A stretch of DNA of 64,000 nucleotides from Phoronis australis (lineage: Eukaryota > Animalia > Phoronida): positions 124,001 to 188,000 of the forward strand of contig NMRA01000323.1 of assembly GCA_002633005.1 (NCBI GenBank), given 5' to 3'. The translations under genes and the position numbers were made by a program. The notes below the pieces were generated by a model. It made no database searches. It saw nothing but the letters and a program-made list of their open reading frames with translations, and had not been told where the DNA came from. This document shows, piece by piece, positions 1-13,421 of this stretch; positions within the stretch are counted from its first letter, which is position 1, and every line of letters begins with the position of its first letter.

Positions 1-1133
1 ATTTTCATCTAGACTTAAATTATCCTTCAGAGATGTTTCGTATGCAAACTTCAATTATATAACAACAAACAAACAGATTTTCTCAAGAGACAGTTATAAA
101 TCATGACTTCTGCCTAACAGGTCTCAATTCCGTCGTTGTGTTTTTGTCATTTCATTAACAAATTGCCAATTTTCACCAGTGCCTGCCATTCGTTCCACCA
201 GCAGAGCATATTAGGCTGTAACCTCGGCTTCAGGCAGGATTCCACAGCACAGTTGATTTCTCGAAAAGCCACTTTTTCTCACTGATATTATCCCTTTAAT
301 TAATTGATATAACCTGCATTTTGTAAGAAACACACAACTTGCTATTATGACAGAAATTTGCGCAAATGCAGACATGAAACACTTCCAAGCGATGATTTGA
401 GGATACGAAAAAAATACCCGAGTTGTTCTGGGTGGTCCTCAATACAGAAAACCACAATAAAAAACCTGATAAATTAGCATCTGAAAAATGAGATTTTACA
501 GTGTCACTGTCACTGGAATTTCTTCTCATAGCCTCATACCAATAATTCATTAGATAAATACCAGCCCACCACCAGTGAGACTTACCAACTACGGTATCAC
601 AGGCGCTCAAATTTCCCCGTGATGACTAGTCATAACCGTATAAGAAACATAGATCAAATGAAAGAAGGTATTCAAAGATTTGTTGGATGCTAGTTTCGTG
701 GAGTTCCATGCACATTTGAGTAGAAAATTCTGAGCAAACAGATTTTGAGTGTCCAACCTTTATGTTTTCTTAGTAGTGAGTGACGTCATTTGCGATCGAG
801 GAACGGATAAACTCAAGCGCCTGTGCTACGTATGTGTTGCATGCAATTTTAATTTCCAACACATTCGCTTTCTTCACACAGCACTGGGTCATTTTTTGCA
901 GCTAGACAGTACTAGAACGAAGGCCGACGTAGGCATCACGTCAATGCCGAGGTACATCAATTAGTCATCATCAGCATCAGGACATCATTAACACTCAGTC
1001 TTGAAGTTGAACTTAGCTATCGCTTCATCTTATTGTACTTGTACTGTCGAGCCACAATATTATTTGCAACTCATCAACGGTACATAGATGACTGGAAATT
1101 AACCACACAATTTTCTTGTCTTAGGTGCCTTAC

Positions 1134-1255
1134 CAAAATTCTCCGTCGGTTCAAAAACCGCGGAACCCCCAAATTCACAAGGAATGCTGTCTCACGACCA
1201 TGACGCCATCTTGGAAGCTGTCAGGGTTGTCTAGGCTACACGAAATCTCGCGAGA
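1134..1255 (-). promoter_or_regulatory. Probable promoter and non-coding first exon of a minus-strand gene extending left out of the window
   Basis: TCTCGCGAGA palindrome (1246-1255). YY1-type AAGATGGCG on the minus strand (1204-1212). Minus-strand donor TTG|GTAAGG with the intron starting at 1133. Confidence 0.5.
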
Positions 1256-1611
1256 GTGGATGGGCTGTTCTGTTTACTTCGTGATTTTGATACCCCTGGT
1301 TGGGGAAAGATAAATGCCATTGACTTACCAAAAACACTGAAAATACACTGTTAGTGATCAATTTAAATTGGGTTTAAATTATATAAATTTTCATTAAGTA
1401 TGTTCAATTGAAAAGAGTTAGACGTTTCAAATCGCCTGGCGTGTAATAGCGAAAACGGCAAGTACTTTGAGATGTTAAATAGAACAGCGAAGTCGTCAAC
1501 ATAAACAATATTCAACAGAGTATCGAAGATGACTTTTAAACATGCCCGGAATAACGTTCTAACCGGCATTGATTTATTGTGATTGACATAAAACAACAGC
1601 AGAGCAAACGA

Positions 1612-2497
1612 GGGGATCTCTAAGTAAGTACAACTGATGGTGTTGATTACTTGAACTGTATGATAGGTTTTTTAAATGTCGCACCTGAAAGAACAGGTAA
1701 AAATCAAGCACTTTAACGGAAAATGCTGAACAGTGTCCACATTACGACGTTCCTTGGCCAGCCCCCTCCCCGTCTCTCTCCATGACTGAGGTTTCACCAC
1801 CATTACCGTAACTGAGCTCAATTTCTCAATAGGCAATTACATCGCCCTGGATGCCGAAGGCTAACCGGCCAACCGAGGGGCTATGTGAATTGTCTAAATT
1901 ATCAACAGCTCGCTTTTTGACGTCGTTCAGTCTGGCGGATCTCGGATGTGAATGAGACCGATGGCTCTACAACTACTTAGTTCGAATCCGGGCCAGGGGC
2001 GGGGAAGGGAAACTGGGCGAGCCTATGCGATCTTGAAATCGGTCTGGTACCCATNGGGGATCTCTAAGTAAGTACAACTGATGGTGTTGATTACTTGAAC
2101 TGTATGATAGGTTTTTTAAATGTCGCACCTGAAAGAACAGGTAAAAACCAAGCACTTAACGGAAAATGCTGAACAGTGTCCACAGTACGACGTTCCTTGG
2201 CCAGCCCCCTCCCCGTCTCTCTCCATGACTGAGGTTTCACCACCATTACCGTAACTGAGCTCAATTTCTCAATAACCAATTACATCGCTCTGGATGCCGA
2301 AGGCTAACCGGCCAACCGAGGGGCTATGTGAATTGCCTAAATTCTCAACAGCACGCTTTTTGATGTCGTTCAGTCTGGCGGATCTCGGATGTGAATGAGC
2401 CCGATGGCTCTACAACTACTTAGCTCGAATCCGGGCCAGGGGCGGGGAAGGGAAACTGGGCGAGCCTACGCGATCTTGAAATCGGTCTGGTACCCAT
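1612..2497. repeat. Near-identical ~443-bp direct duplication on either side of a single N (2055); likely haplotype/assembly duplication
   Basis: 1612-2054 matches 2056-2497 with scattered substitutions, and the junction is exactly the N. Part of the unit also resembles 23570-23603. Confidence 0.85.
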
Positions 2498-3729
2498 TCT
2501 AAGAACGGCCTTCAACGTTAGAGTCCTAGTAATAAATTACATCTCGGCTGCCCACTAAAAACTATATCCTCCAGTTCACGTGTTTTATTTTTATCTCGGA
2601 AACAAAAATGAGTGTATTTTGTCCTTTTGCCCCCGCCGTGCCCGTGTCTCTTGTAGTCTTCTTAATTTGTACTCGAAATTTAACTCGAAACTACTTCTTG
2701 GCATTAAACGTTCTGCATTTGTGCGCACTCAAGATGAACGTCAAATTACTAGTCTCTTGTAGACTATAAGTTCAGGTCCGATGTTCCGGCTCTATAGATT
2801 CGACGACAATTAAGCTCGAGAGTAAATACTTGAGATTTCGATTAAAACTTAAAAGTTCCTAGTTTTAACTCAAACTTTTATCCTTAATGCTGTCATTAGC
2901 TGGTAACAAGGCTTGGGCAGTTATCTAAGTAATTATTTACTCAACTTAGCACAGAATAATAGTCCTGATTTCACGCAAACTGACAAAAATAATCTCAAGT
3001 TCGATTACGAGTAACTTGACCCCAGGCCTAACTTCTGCATAGACTCCAAACTAGTTGATTAAAAAACATGTCTTGCATGACACACTTGCTTCAAATAAAT
3101 CTTTAGAAATTGTACTCGAATCATATGCCCACGGGGTCATATATTGGCCTAGTTTAGGGTAGGCCTATGAATGTGAGAATAGACCATGTTCAAGGACTCC
3201 GTTTCATGAGTCTTAACTTAGACCGAAATAAATGCTGTCATTCCATCACACTTGCGCTTGCTAGACATGCTGTTGACGGACCAGAAATAGAACTTGAGAC
3301 TTATGCTTTCACTGCCCTGTTGCTATGAGACTGCCCTTGGGACTCAGTTAAGTTCCCTAAATCTCTTGCACGTTTGTGTCATTCTTTACTCACAAATCTA
3401 ATCCTTTTCTGTCATTTTATCTTAAAAGGATACTAAACTTGATGATTTCACTGATGCGTCAATCCTTGTTCTGTCTCTTGCTAATGTATTATTAGCGTCA
3501 ATTTTCCACTGAAGTTAAAGGACAGGAATCAACTAAAAAAACTAACTCGTCACAGATTGGACGTCATGGTCCTTGTTTGGTGGTCTTTTCCCACAGTTGC
3601 CGTGTAATTAGCTTATAAAAGCGTAGCCCACCCTTGCACGTAGCCAACGTTCAGCAGACTTGAAAAGGGGTTTCATATCCCCCCAAATTTCTTAGTGTTG
3701 CCGAGGATTAGAGCATTATTTTGTTTCAG

Positions 3730-3755
3730 GGAACTGGATGGGAAAGTCGTTTTCG
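3730..3755 (+). other. Candidate 26-nt upstream exon of the 4214-7393 gene
   Basis: ttttgtttcag acceptor and TCG|gtaagc donor; the next acceptor (tttcgttttag) sits at 4212. Confidence 0.45.
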
Positions 3756-4213
3756 GTAAGCTGTTAATTGGCGAAAACCGGGTTTGGTATCCCCTTAATT
3801 CGGAGCTCGTCTTTGTCTTAAGACAACTAAACTTGAAACGTTGCCCATAGTTGGATGAAAATCAATAGGAATTTAGTCCTTAAATTACGGACGTTGCGTG
3901 AGAAGATCCCTAGGCATACTTATTTTCAGTGATATTGAGAATTCAAAGTACAGTTCACTGTCGATTTGTTATAAAGCCAACAATTGAATTAGTAATGAAA
4001 ATAAAACGGCATAAGAAAGGCCAATCAGCGTTTTCGAAAGTCCACAAATACGCAGTAGATTTAGAGACATTAGCTGAGTCCCTATTTGCGACTGTTTCAA
4101 GCAACTGAGCGCAGGACTTCAACATTACACGATTTTATGAAAGGTACCTCTTGTGTCAATAATCAATCATTAAATTTCTGACTTATTGGACTCGATTTTT
4201 CTTTCGTTTTAGC

Positions 4214-4823
4214 ATGTCCTCGAACTCTCCGAGGAACGAAGACATGGGTTTCCTGAAGACTATTTTAGAATCTCCTGAAGACGGGAGATCCAGCGATGTC
4301 GAAAACCAAAGCGAACCGTTGGTGGCGGGAAACTTGATGCGCCATGAAAGTTTTTCCAACCTGAACGAATACATTGACGGTGTTGCAGACCTCAAAAGCA
4401 GCAATGACGAAAGCGTCGATGTTAGTGACGAATTTTCAAAGGACGGTAGAATTAGCAGAATGGCGTCCCGCCACGATAAACGCCAACGTCGCGTGCACAA
4501 AGATCAAGGGCGGAGAAGCAGACGACACTCTAGTGAAAGTGCGACAAGCAGAGCAAATTGGAATGACAGTGTGCTCGACAACTTGGGCGATAGATTGGAG
4601 CACAAATACGCTGAACTACAGGGACTACTGCACGAGCAACTATCCAAAGAAAGCAGTGCATTTGTCAAGCACCAAGTAGACCAAGCGAAGCGTCTCGTCA
4701 AGCAATACGCATTAGCTTCAAGAGGTTTGCCTACGGCGGACCCTGTGACACTCACATACGTTCCAGATTCAGTAAGCCCAAGGAGCGACTGCGGTACACA
4801 AACCGACGTCATGGAAAACTTAG
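4214..4823 (+). CDS. Uncharacterised Lys/Ser-rich coiled-coil protein, coding exon 1
   Basis: ATG just after a polypyrimidine/AG acceptor. Open frame MSSNSPRNED...VMENL. Donor AG|gtaaaa in phase 1, matching the next exon. Confidence 0.8.
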
Positions 4824-5345
4824 GTAAAACTTATTCTCGTAGCTTGTTTGAGGGAAGTTCAACCTCGACAGTAAAATAAAGTAGGGCATGTAGCATGCAG
4901 CCGTTATTGGCGAGAAATGAAACTAGAAAATCAGTGGCGGATCTTTTTATCTCGCCGGCGTTCAACCCTTTAATCTCCTTACACAGCAATTTAAGATCAA
5001 AACAATGTTCTATGGGTTGAGAAGAGTTTTGATCCCTCAATCATAAGAGAATCACAACCTGACCAGCCGCTGCCAGGGAATTTGAATTGCAAGTTCTCTG
5101 TGCTTACTTAGGGAGAAGACATTGGTATTACTGAAGTCAAAGAAAATTAATTATTCAACGTATGTATTGATTTGATATCATGTCAGGAAATCTTGCACAT
5201 GCCAAATCGGGCTGTACTACGCGTTCGATTTCGGCCGGTGTCATGATAAATCTTTCAACCCAATATGTGAACGAAATGTGCCATCATAAAAGCAACTGTT
5301 TTCGAAAATTGGACGTTTTCATTATTTTTTTTCTTTTGTTTTCAG

Positions 5346-7393
5346 ATGATAACAATTACACGTCGTCTGTTCCGAGAACTGAAAAGCACGTGTCTTTTGC
5401 CAAACAGCGTTCCAAAAATACGCCCGAACTCGAGTCGACCGCTTTTGCTGTTGATGAGAGGGAATCGTACGCTTATCGGGGGATTTTGAAAAAGAGCCGT
5501 GAGCGGTTCCACGGGAAGAAATTTATTGCTCAAGTAAAACGAAAACAAAGCAAGTCCGAAGTGCTTGATGTCGGTGACGTCAAGGCTTTACAAGAAGCAC
5601 GTTTGAAGGACAATCAGCAACGAAATAAAAGCAACGCCCATGCTCAAAAGCCTTCTTCCAATGCACGAATCGAGAGACCGGTTTCTGCGCCTTCACCGCG
5701 CAGTAAGTCTAACGTGAGTGTTGACAAGGGAAAACAACAATCTGAGTACAATTTGAAGGACACTGATGACCCACTGATACTGGGTTGGATTCATAGAAAA
5801 AATGTGGAGAGAAGAAAAACGAGGAGTGAAAAACGCGAGAAAAGAAAAATTAAGCGCCAGGAAAAGCACCAAGAAGCTGAACAGCGAGAAAAGCGGAAGG
5901 AAGATTCGGCTGTTGCTATGCAGTCATGGCTGGAGGAGAAACGCAAACAGGTGCTGTTATTGAGGAAACGTGCAAAACAATCCAAAAAGTCGTTTGAAAA
6001 AACCCACGCGGAAGTCACTACAGACGAGGCACTTACTGCAAGTAAAACCATCCAGGGCACTGATTTGGCAAGCCCAAAGTCTAACAAAACGTCACCGAGG
6101 GTGTCGCCGCGAGGGAGTGAGAACACTAAACGAGAGTCGACTTCCAAGGCGAGCGAAAAAACTCCAAGGCAGAAATGCAGTAAAAACAACTGCGATGACG
6201 CGCTCAGATGCACGTGCGGATATCTCGAAGCGAAAAAGCAGAGGGAGATGGAAGAGAGGCAAGCGGAACAGGCACGCAAGGCTAAACAGCGAGCGAAGTC
6301 AGCGTCGAGACCGAAGCCAAATAAGCCGTCCGCTTCTAATGAAACGTCGCAACGTGCCGCAGATTCCGTGAGGAGCTCAGAGATCGATCCAACCGAAAAA
6401 CCCAAAACTAGTAATTCCAATAAGGGTAATCGGAACAATGAAATCGGTAAAAATACAAGCGCAAGTGATGGGGCAACACAAAAACCTAAAGAAAGTGAAA
6501 CGAGAATGTCTTACGACGAATGGCTAGCTAAGAAACGGAAACAGGACCAGGAGAATAAGGTACGGTTAGAAACGGAAAAGAAGGAGCGTTTGAATAAGTC
6601 GGATCCCGAATTAGTGAAAATCATTCCCGATTTGGCGAAACGAAGAGTCGACAATATTTTGAATGGAAAAAAGAAAGTCGACACTGGCATTGATAAAGTA
6701 GATGAAGCCGCCAACGCGTATCCATCTCGACCATCGACTGCGTCACCTGTAAACAATGCCGAGAAGAACGATCGTACACAGAAGTACATGTGGAGGAATC
6801 AATCTAAGGTGTCGGAAGAAAACCAACTCGATGGAGAAAATACGGAAAGTGGTGTTAATATAAGACCATCTTCCGCGAGACATTTCACCCATAAACGACC
6901 CCAGACCGCGAAGCTACGACCGATGTCCGCTAAACCAAATTTCTCACGACCTACACCACCGCGTTCTGCAAGTTCTCCAACGCCACGTTCCAAAATAGAC
7001 AATATAACGCATATTTCAGATAATCCGTTCAAGATTCCATTTCCCCCCGGGCCAAAGAAGCCATCCCGTCTCCACGAACAAGGGTTCCGAGGACGACAGT
7101 TTGCGACCTACGTGTGGGATTCTTTGCAGGACGAAGAGAGACCTGAGCCCCAAGGTTCCGACAATCCTCATCCCGTGCCACATGAAAGTAGCGCGAAAAG
7201 GCAAGAGCCCAACTTAAATCAAGGTGCAAAAATCCCCGGGCGCCACACGAAAGAACACGAGAGAAGTAGTGTCCCGTCGCACGATAGACCTGCTACGGAA
7301 CAGGTCGCCGATAATGTCGAACTCGCGATTGTGTTGCGAACAAGCGACACACCGTCGACAGGTGCTTTTATGACGAGTTTGGAGACTGTATAA
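5346..7393 (+). CDS. Uncharacterised Lys/Ser-rich coiled-coil protein, coding exon 2 (CCDC181/CCDC34/MAP9-like W-x-x-x-K helices); spliced product ~885 aa
   Basis: T-rich acceptor ttgttttcag, phase 1, 2-kb open frame to TAA. Motifs LGWIHRK, MQSWLEEK and YDEWLAKK. AATAAA at ~7582. The family assignment is by motif resemblance only. Confidence 0.85.
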
Positions 7394-7856
7394 ACATAAT
7401 TTGTGCAGCACACCTATTCATGTGCCACTGAAATTACTTTGCAAATGCTCAAACAATATATTAAACAAGATGAAGATGACTTTAGACCCGTTTATTACCG
7501 TGCTATTTTGTTTTCCACTAAAATCTGTATGGATAGGGGAAAGGCACTTAAAATTAAAAATGAGCGGCTGTGCTCAGATCCAATAAAAATAGGAGTTATG
7601 GATATTGTAAAAATACACGTTCACTGATGGTGTTTTTTGACACATCAATTATCAGCTAATCCAATTTCACAACTGGTAAGGAAATGATTCACACCAGGTG
7701 AGGGTCCCAAGAAAAAGTGCCGTTCCCCTCCCATACAAAATTGCTGAAACAGCCCTTATTTGTTTCTTGTTGTAGAAAATATTAAGTGTTACATCAACAA
7801 AGTGTCATTTTCACTCAACTTAACAATTACTAACAAAGTCGATATTACACAAGCAA

Positions 7857-7862
7857 TTTATT
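7857..7862 (-). terminator. Candidate PEX16 polyadenylation signal (AATAAA on minus), implying a ~1.5-kb 3'UTR convergent with the upstream gene
   Basis: TTTATT on plus at 7857-7862, followed on the minus strand by GT/T-rich sequence. Confidence 0.35.
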
Positions 7863-9417
7863 GCACTTCTTTCAAAATACAAAAGGAAAATATTCATTGA
7901 CACACAGAAGCATTTTACAATCCATATAAAATATTTTGCAAACAATTTCTCAGTAAAATTTGTCTGCAAGTAAAAAATATTTTTTAATTTTGCACAAACT
8001 TTACAACTCTAGCCATTCAATTTCTATTAAAATTTCTACTTCAATGGTTTTATATACAAAGCAACCAAAGAACACCCACTGGCTTGTTAAAGAGTTACTT
8101 GCCAATCATTAGCTAAGGGCAATTTTGGGAGCAAAACCTCTCTGAAGTACATACCTCTGCTCAAAATACACCAGGTTGAGATGCACATTTGCCAATATAT
8201 AATTCCCAAAGGCAAAAATACTACATTAAGCAAAAGTAAAATAAAATTGTCATCAAATCCACAGAGAATCTCCCAGAAGTAAGCTTTTTTGCAACAAAAC
8301 ATTTTCCGTTTATCACTAAAAGACTTCATATTTGGGAAGACTTTGATTGTAACAACTGTTTCCAGTAACACAAAGTTTGTTTTAGAAAAATCTTGCAAGT
8401 AGCCAATTTGACCCCACAGTCTGAAGTATGTGGGTCAATAGCAAAGACCTCAATACATCTTAGCATACTTAAAGTGATCATAAATTCACCTTCCATCACA
8501 AAACTCAGTTTTTGATTAATGAAATTGGTCTCAAATAGCTCCTAGTCAAATCATAAGGTGCGATTTCTGGGCTTGTAGAGAACTGAGTGACAGTTCATTG
8601 AACCTTGAGAACAGGCTCTACAAGTCGCCTCGTCACAGCATGTCACATTCACTCAAGCACGGTCTTGAGCAATAACAAACTGTCAGTTCTTTACAAGAAA
8701 AATTATCGCTTCTCACGTGAGTAAAGAACTGAGTGAGGAACAAGTTGAGACCAATCTTATAGTGGTAAGTGATCTTAAAGCAAAAGTTGGACAAAATGCA
8801 AGTTTATAGTTGCATTAAATATCACACAAAATTCCTCTCATGAGGTCCAAAATTCCCCTCCAGCTATTGAAGTATTCCCTTCAACTTTAGGATAACTTTT
8901 AATTCACACAGACTCTCAGCTTCATAAATATTAAATAAAATATCCTCACTTTCCTGACATTTGTTTATAGTCTTGATGTGGGGAAACAAAATCTGGATTA
9001 GTCTATTGCGGTTTCAGAGGTGGTTGCACAGGCAGTGCCAGTGAGCAGTGAACAGGGACTTTGGAGGGGGTGGAATTGGTAGAATCCGGAATTTTCTCAT
9101 CACCTGAAAAGATTCCCTTCTCGGAATGCACAGGTGCCTTTCCCCTAAAATGAGTGGGCCCTGGTCAGTTTGGAATGATCAGTCAATAAAATCGATGTGA
9201 AAATAAATTAATGCTCTACTGGTGACACACATGCCAAAAATGAACCCTGATCACAGAATGTCTAATGACACAATCCCATCTTTACAAAAATTGACAGTTA
9301 ACGTCATGATGATTATCAAGTCGCATAAATTCATATTGCATAGTAATTAGTAATTAAAAGTAAAAACAGTTGTCACCCATCTAGACCTCTGCACTGTACC
9401 AGTGACATGGACTTTTC

Positions 9418-9479
9418 TCACAACAGCCACACGTAAAAATACACTTTCTGCCAGACAGGGAGATATTGTAGCAATGGCT
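9418..9479 (-). CDS. PEX16: PEX16 coding exon 10 (last)
   Basis: EPLLQYLPVWQKVYFYVWLL* matches the PEX16 C-terminus (human PLMDYLPTWQKIYFYSWG). Acceptor tttatttcag, phase 1. Confidence 0.93.
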
Positions 9480-10185
9480 CTGAAATAAAGTGGTCAGAAA
9501 CAACAATTAAATAATTATGTTAATAAGCTGAATCTAGGTCAACCAAAGAGTGTATATTACGAGAATGTGCATCGACTGAGCTTTTTTGAACCGAGAATTT
9601 GACGTCGCTCGCATTTACAGGCTGTTCGAGCAATGCCTCGGTCTGTAATTGATAAAAGTAGCTGCCTTTAAAATCGGTGAATATCAAATGCCGTCCACAC
9701 TGTGAATTACCCTAGAACAACTTACTCCTGCAAGGAGTTGTAACTAGATTAAGTAGTAGTGGGAACGCTATTTGGGCAGAGGCAATCTGACACGTGACAA
9801 CTTACTCCACCTTATCGAGGCAGGGTAACTTGTTCCGGGGTTACCTGCCCAGGCACATGTCGTAGTGTGGACATAAACCCGCAGACAAGGCGGAAGTAAT
9901 TACCAGTTCTGCCCATGCTCAATTACACACACAGAGCTGCCTAATCATTTCTAGGTCATATTTGTCCCACGATGTAAGGTGTGTAGTGCGGGCAAGTTGT
10001 CGTAGAGTAAATTGTATTGTGGACAGTTTTACATTAAATTATCCTTTGCTTGCAAACACTTAATGATGGCATGTCTTCTGAGCAGAGCAGAAGCAGTTGC
10101 ATAAATTATGTAAATGAGAGCATGAAACACACCTGCAGAAAATCCGAGCAAGCGTACGATTTTAGAGAAAACACAGATGACTCAC

Positions 10186-10250
10186 CAATAATGAAAGATG
10201 CTCCAGGTATTTTTGAAAACACTCTTCGCAAAAGATAGATCAGTTTCATT
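10186..10250 (-). CDS. PEX16: PEX16 coding exon 9
   Basis: MKLIYLLRRVFSKIPGASFII; ttttcag acceptor and gtgagt donor; phases 2->1. Confidence 0.9.
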
Positions 10251-11122
10251 CTGAAAATAGATGCAAACCCATCAGTGACCAGTCGCAAGAGGTGCCATAG
10301 TCACAACAGTAATCTTAACGCTCAGAATTGAACATCAATTTTGACTACAATTTTGTGTCTGTCTGCTCAAAATACAGTTTGGTAACCACATAGACTGAAA
10401 AAATTTACAAGCACTGCAGGTATGATGCAGGGACCATTTTGCAAAAATAATATTTGAAACAAGCAGTGTACACGTTGACTGAGTAAGTGCTGGCATGTTT
10501 CACATTGTGTCTAGTGAGTCTTGGAATTTTACTACCACACTGGTAGTGGTGTTCAAAATAGATGTCAAAGTTAATGGGGCAGAATACCGTTTTCACATCA
10601 TGATGGATACAGTGCACATTAAATAAATTCCTTAGACAGCAAAATTTAACTGAGCACAAAGTATAACAATCCTTCTCACAATGGTGTAAACTATTCACTT
10701 GTCAACTTCCCCATCCATTCTTGGTTAAAATGGACGGCTGTTACGCTATGGTGAATTCTGGTTGCACTTTGCCATCAGGAAGGGGGATTTCAAGTCATTT
10801 TCGCAAATAATTTTGGTGTGTACTGCAATTTAATTGATGCATTCTGACAACTAGAGAATACTGAAAAGAACCCTCCCCCTCCTCCTACTGACGCAGACAC
10901 CATCTGTTGACAGCAATTTGATTACAATAGCAGTGGCCTACGTGACTATGGAACTCTGTAACTTTTTTCAGGATGAGCCTATTTCACTATAAATAAATAT
11001 ATACATAATAGGAATCTCGTGAGTTTCAAATCAGGTGTTCTGTACCATGGCCCTTGACCCATGTGGCCAACTCATATGCAACTGAAGCATCAGATCGCCA
11101 GCAATCATTTATTTTCACTTAC

Positions 11123-11242
11123 TTTGAGTGCCTGTCATAAAACGGTGACCTCAACAGGTAAAACAGTAGATAGACATAGCGGCGTGTCATTTCTTCTCGT
11201 TCAACCTTGTTCATGTCCTTGAAATCCCCCATGAAGAACAAA
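11123..11242 (-). CDS. PEX16: PEX16 coding exon 8
   Basis: LFFMGDFKDMNKVEREEMTRRYVYLLFYLLRSPFYDRHS contains the conserved YLLRSPFYD motif; gtaagt donor. Confidence 0.95.
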
Positions 11243-12669
11243 CTGCCGATAAAAAACAAAATTACTAATTAAAAATTTTATCATTAATTATTATCAACGT
11301 TCATAAGTGAAGCCTTCGCTGGGAATAAAAAAATACTGCACTTGCGAATTTGCTGCCTATGATCTATGACAATATGGTTGTGCTATTTATGCAAAATTAT
11401 AATGACTGCCTTATAGAAATGTTAATAAGGTGACATGTAAACCCAAGTGGGTGGGAAGGATCGCATTTGTTTTAAAGTTTATTGCTTATCTATGCTTACA
11501 CCTAAGTCCACGAAGATCTGTAATGCGACAGCTAAGCAAACGCAAGGTTAACCAGTTGCAAAAAGGGCGAGCATCATCACCACTGGGACTTTCATTCTGT
11601 CTTAATATTGAAACTATCACGTGCAGCTATTTCACAAAATAAATAAAAGTGCTAAGCAAAAGTACATTCCTTACCTACCAAAAATCAAATTTAGATTTTT
11701 ACCAAAAACAACTACTTTGCTGCAGAATTGGTCTGAAGTTTTTTCTTAATGTTCGAATTTTTTAGTACTAAACTTTGGACTTGCCAGGTATTCAGCTATC
11801 CATATGGGTAATTAAACCATTCAGTTCCCACCCAAGATCATAAGTGTTAAGCTGTGTTCAGTTACACAGTACAGTTGTATGACTAAAGTCCCATCCACAC
11901 ACAGCCTACCCTACAACAACTTGCACTAGTGCAACATATCCCTGGCCACATTTAAGTGGAGCATCCACACAAAGACATATCCCATAACAAGTGTAAGGCA
12001 AAAGCTGTTGCTCTGCGCGTGACAATGAACACCTACATGTAATGTGAATACGGCGCGCAAAAGAAATCCAGTCTGTATGTAACAGCAGCTAATCATTATT
12101 AGCGCCTTGCCTCAGGTTTACGCCTTGCCTCAGGTTTACCTCTTGCATCAGGTTTACGGCCACACAGAAATTACAAGTGACGCAAGTTAACAAGAAATTC
12201 ACATGAAAAGAATCCTACGTGGACACGCTGCCGCCATTAGTCAATAACATCACTGTGTTGCAGTTAATTACATCGCCTCAGGATGCTGATGTTATCATTT
12301 CTCTAGATAATCAGACCCATCGTGAACACAATGGGGGCATAAATATCATTTTTAAATTTTCATTTCGAAAGCTTTTAAATAGCATATTGAATACTTTGTG
12401 AAAAGTACACATGATTAGGTTTTTGAATTTCAAAAATCAGACAAGAAATGAGATTTTTACAAAGTAAAACATAAATGATTTTCATATAATTTTGCCATAT
12501 TGTGAATCTCATTAATTCTGCTGAATGTGCTACAAAAATTGGACCATTTACCAAACCACCAGGCAGCAGTTGGACCTTGAGGAAAGCCAGGAGTCATCGT
12601 ACAATTGTTAGCACGATATTTCAAGTTCAGGTTCTATTAATATCTCACTATTTTCAAAACATTACGTAC

Positions 12670-12742
12670 CTGGACAAATCAATGCCAGAAGCGATCAGCC
12701 AAGGCGTCCATGAATGCTCCCCAAATAAATACATGCTGGCTA
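12670..12742 (-). CDS. PEX16: PEX16 coding exon 7
   Basis: ASMYLFGEHSWTPWLIASGIDLS (SWxPWL motif); canonical AG/GT; phases 1->2. Confidence 0.93.
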
Positions 12743-12975
12743 CTAAGAACCATCAAGGAGAATAACGTGCATATGAATTAAAGACAATCAAAAAATGGTT
12801 AAATAGAAGAAAATAACACCGTAATAAAAGCCAAAAATTCTCAGACGAAATGACTAGGACTCGTCGCCATGGTTACTCAGCGCACAACAGACACCAGTTA
12901 TGACTGCTGAGTGCAGAAGGAATTCCCATCTTATCGCTCAAGCGACGAGCCACACCATACGATGACAGATCACTA

Positions 12976-13421
12976 CAACGGTTAATAAAAAAACGAGATT
13001 TTTCAACTTCCAACACGTTTCGATGTCTCAAACATCCTCATCAGGACAAGCAATCAGGGTCATGTGACAATCTTGACCCATACAGTGTACAGTAGAGCTA
13101 TCAGGACCCATCATAGCAACAAAATATCAAAGACAATTCATAAGACCAGAGACAGCCTGCTTTGCACCAGCTGCTTATTCAGTTCAGGCTTGAGCCCGTT
13201 GAGGGGGAATTGACTTAGGCCGACACTGGTCTTATGAATTGTCTTTGGTATTTTGTTGCTATGATAAGTCCTGATAGCTTTACTGTACACTGTGTGGGTC
13301 AAGATTGTTAGATGGCCTTCACTGCTTGTCCTGATTATTATGTTTGAGACATCGAAACATGCTGAAGTTGATAGACTTAATTGTTTTTTTATTAATATTC
13401 TCACTTACTTGTCTTCGTTGA
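12976..13421. mobile_element. Penelope-like retroelement remnant: ~130-bp inverted arms, hammerhead-like core, 12-bp target-site duplication
   Basis: GACAGATCACTA is repeated at 12964-12975 and 13422-13433. ~12982-13107 is inversely complementary to ~13268-13395. The minus strand reads CTGATGA-G-GATGT-ttgag-ACATC-GAAAC. Confidence 0.65.

Noticed and set aside
1612-2497. Tandem duplication or LTR-like pair
   Set aside because: The copies abut at a single N, which is typical of overlapping contig ends from two haplotypes.
5180-5345. N-terminus of the 737-aa ORF
   Set aside because: This is intronic read-through containing the polypyrimidine tract; the exon starts at 5346.
5791-6438. 215-aa antisense ORF
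   Set aside because: It is the shadow of the Lys/Glu-rich sense exon.
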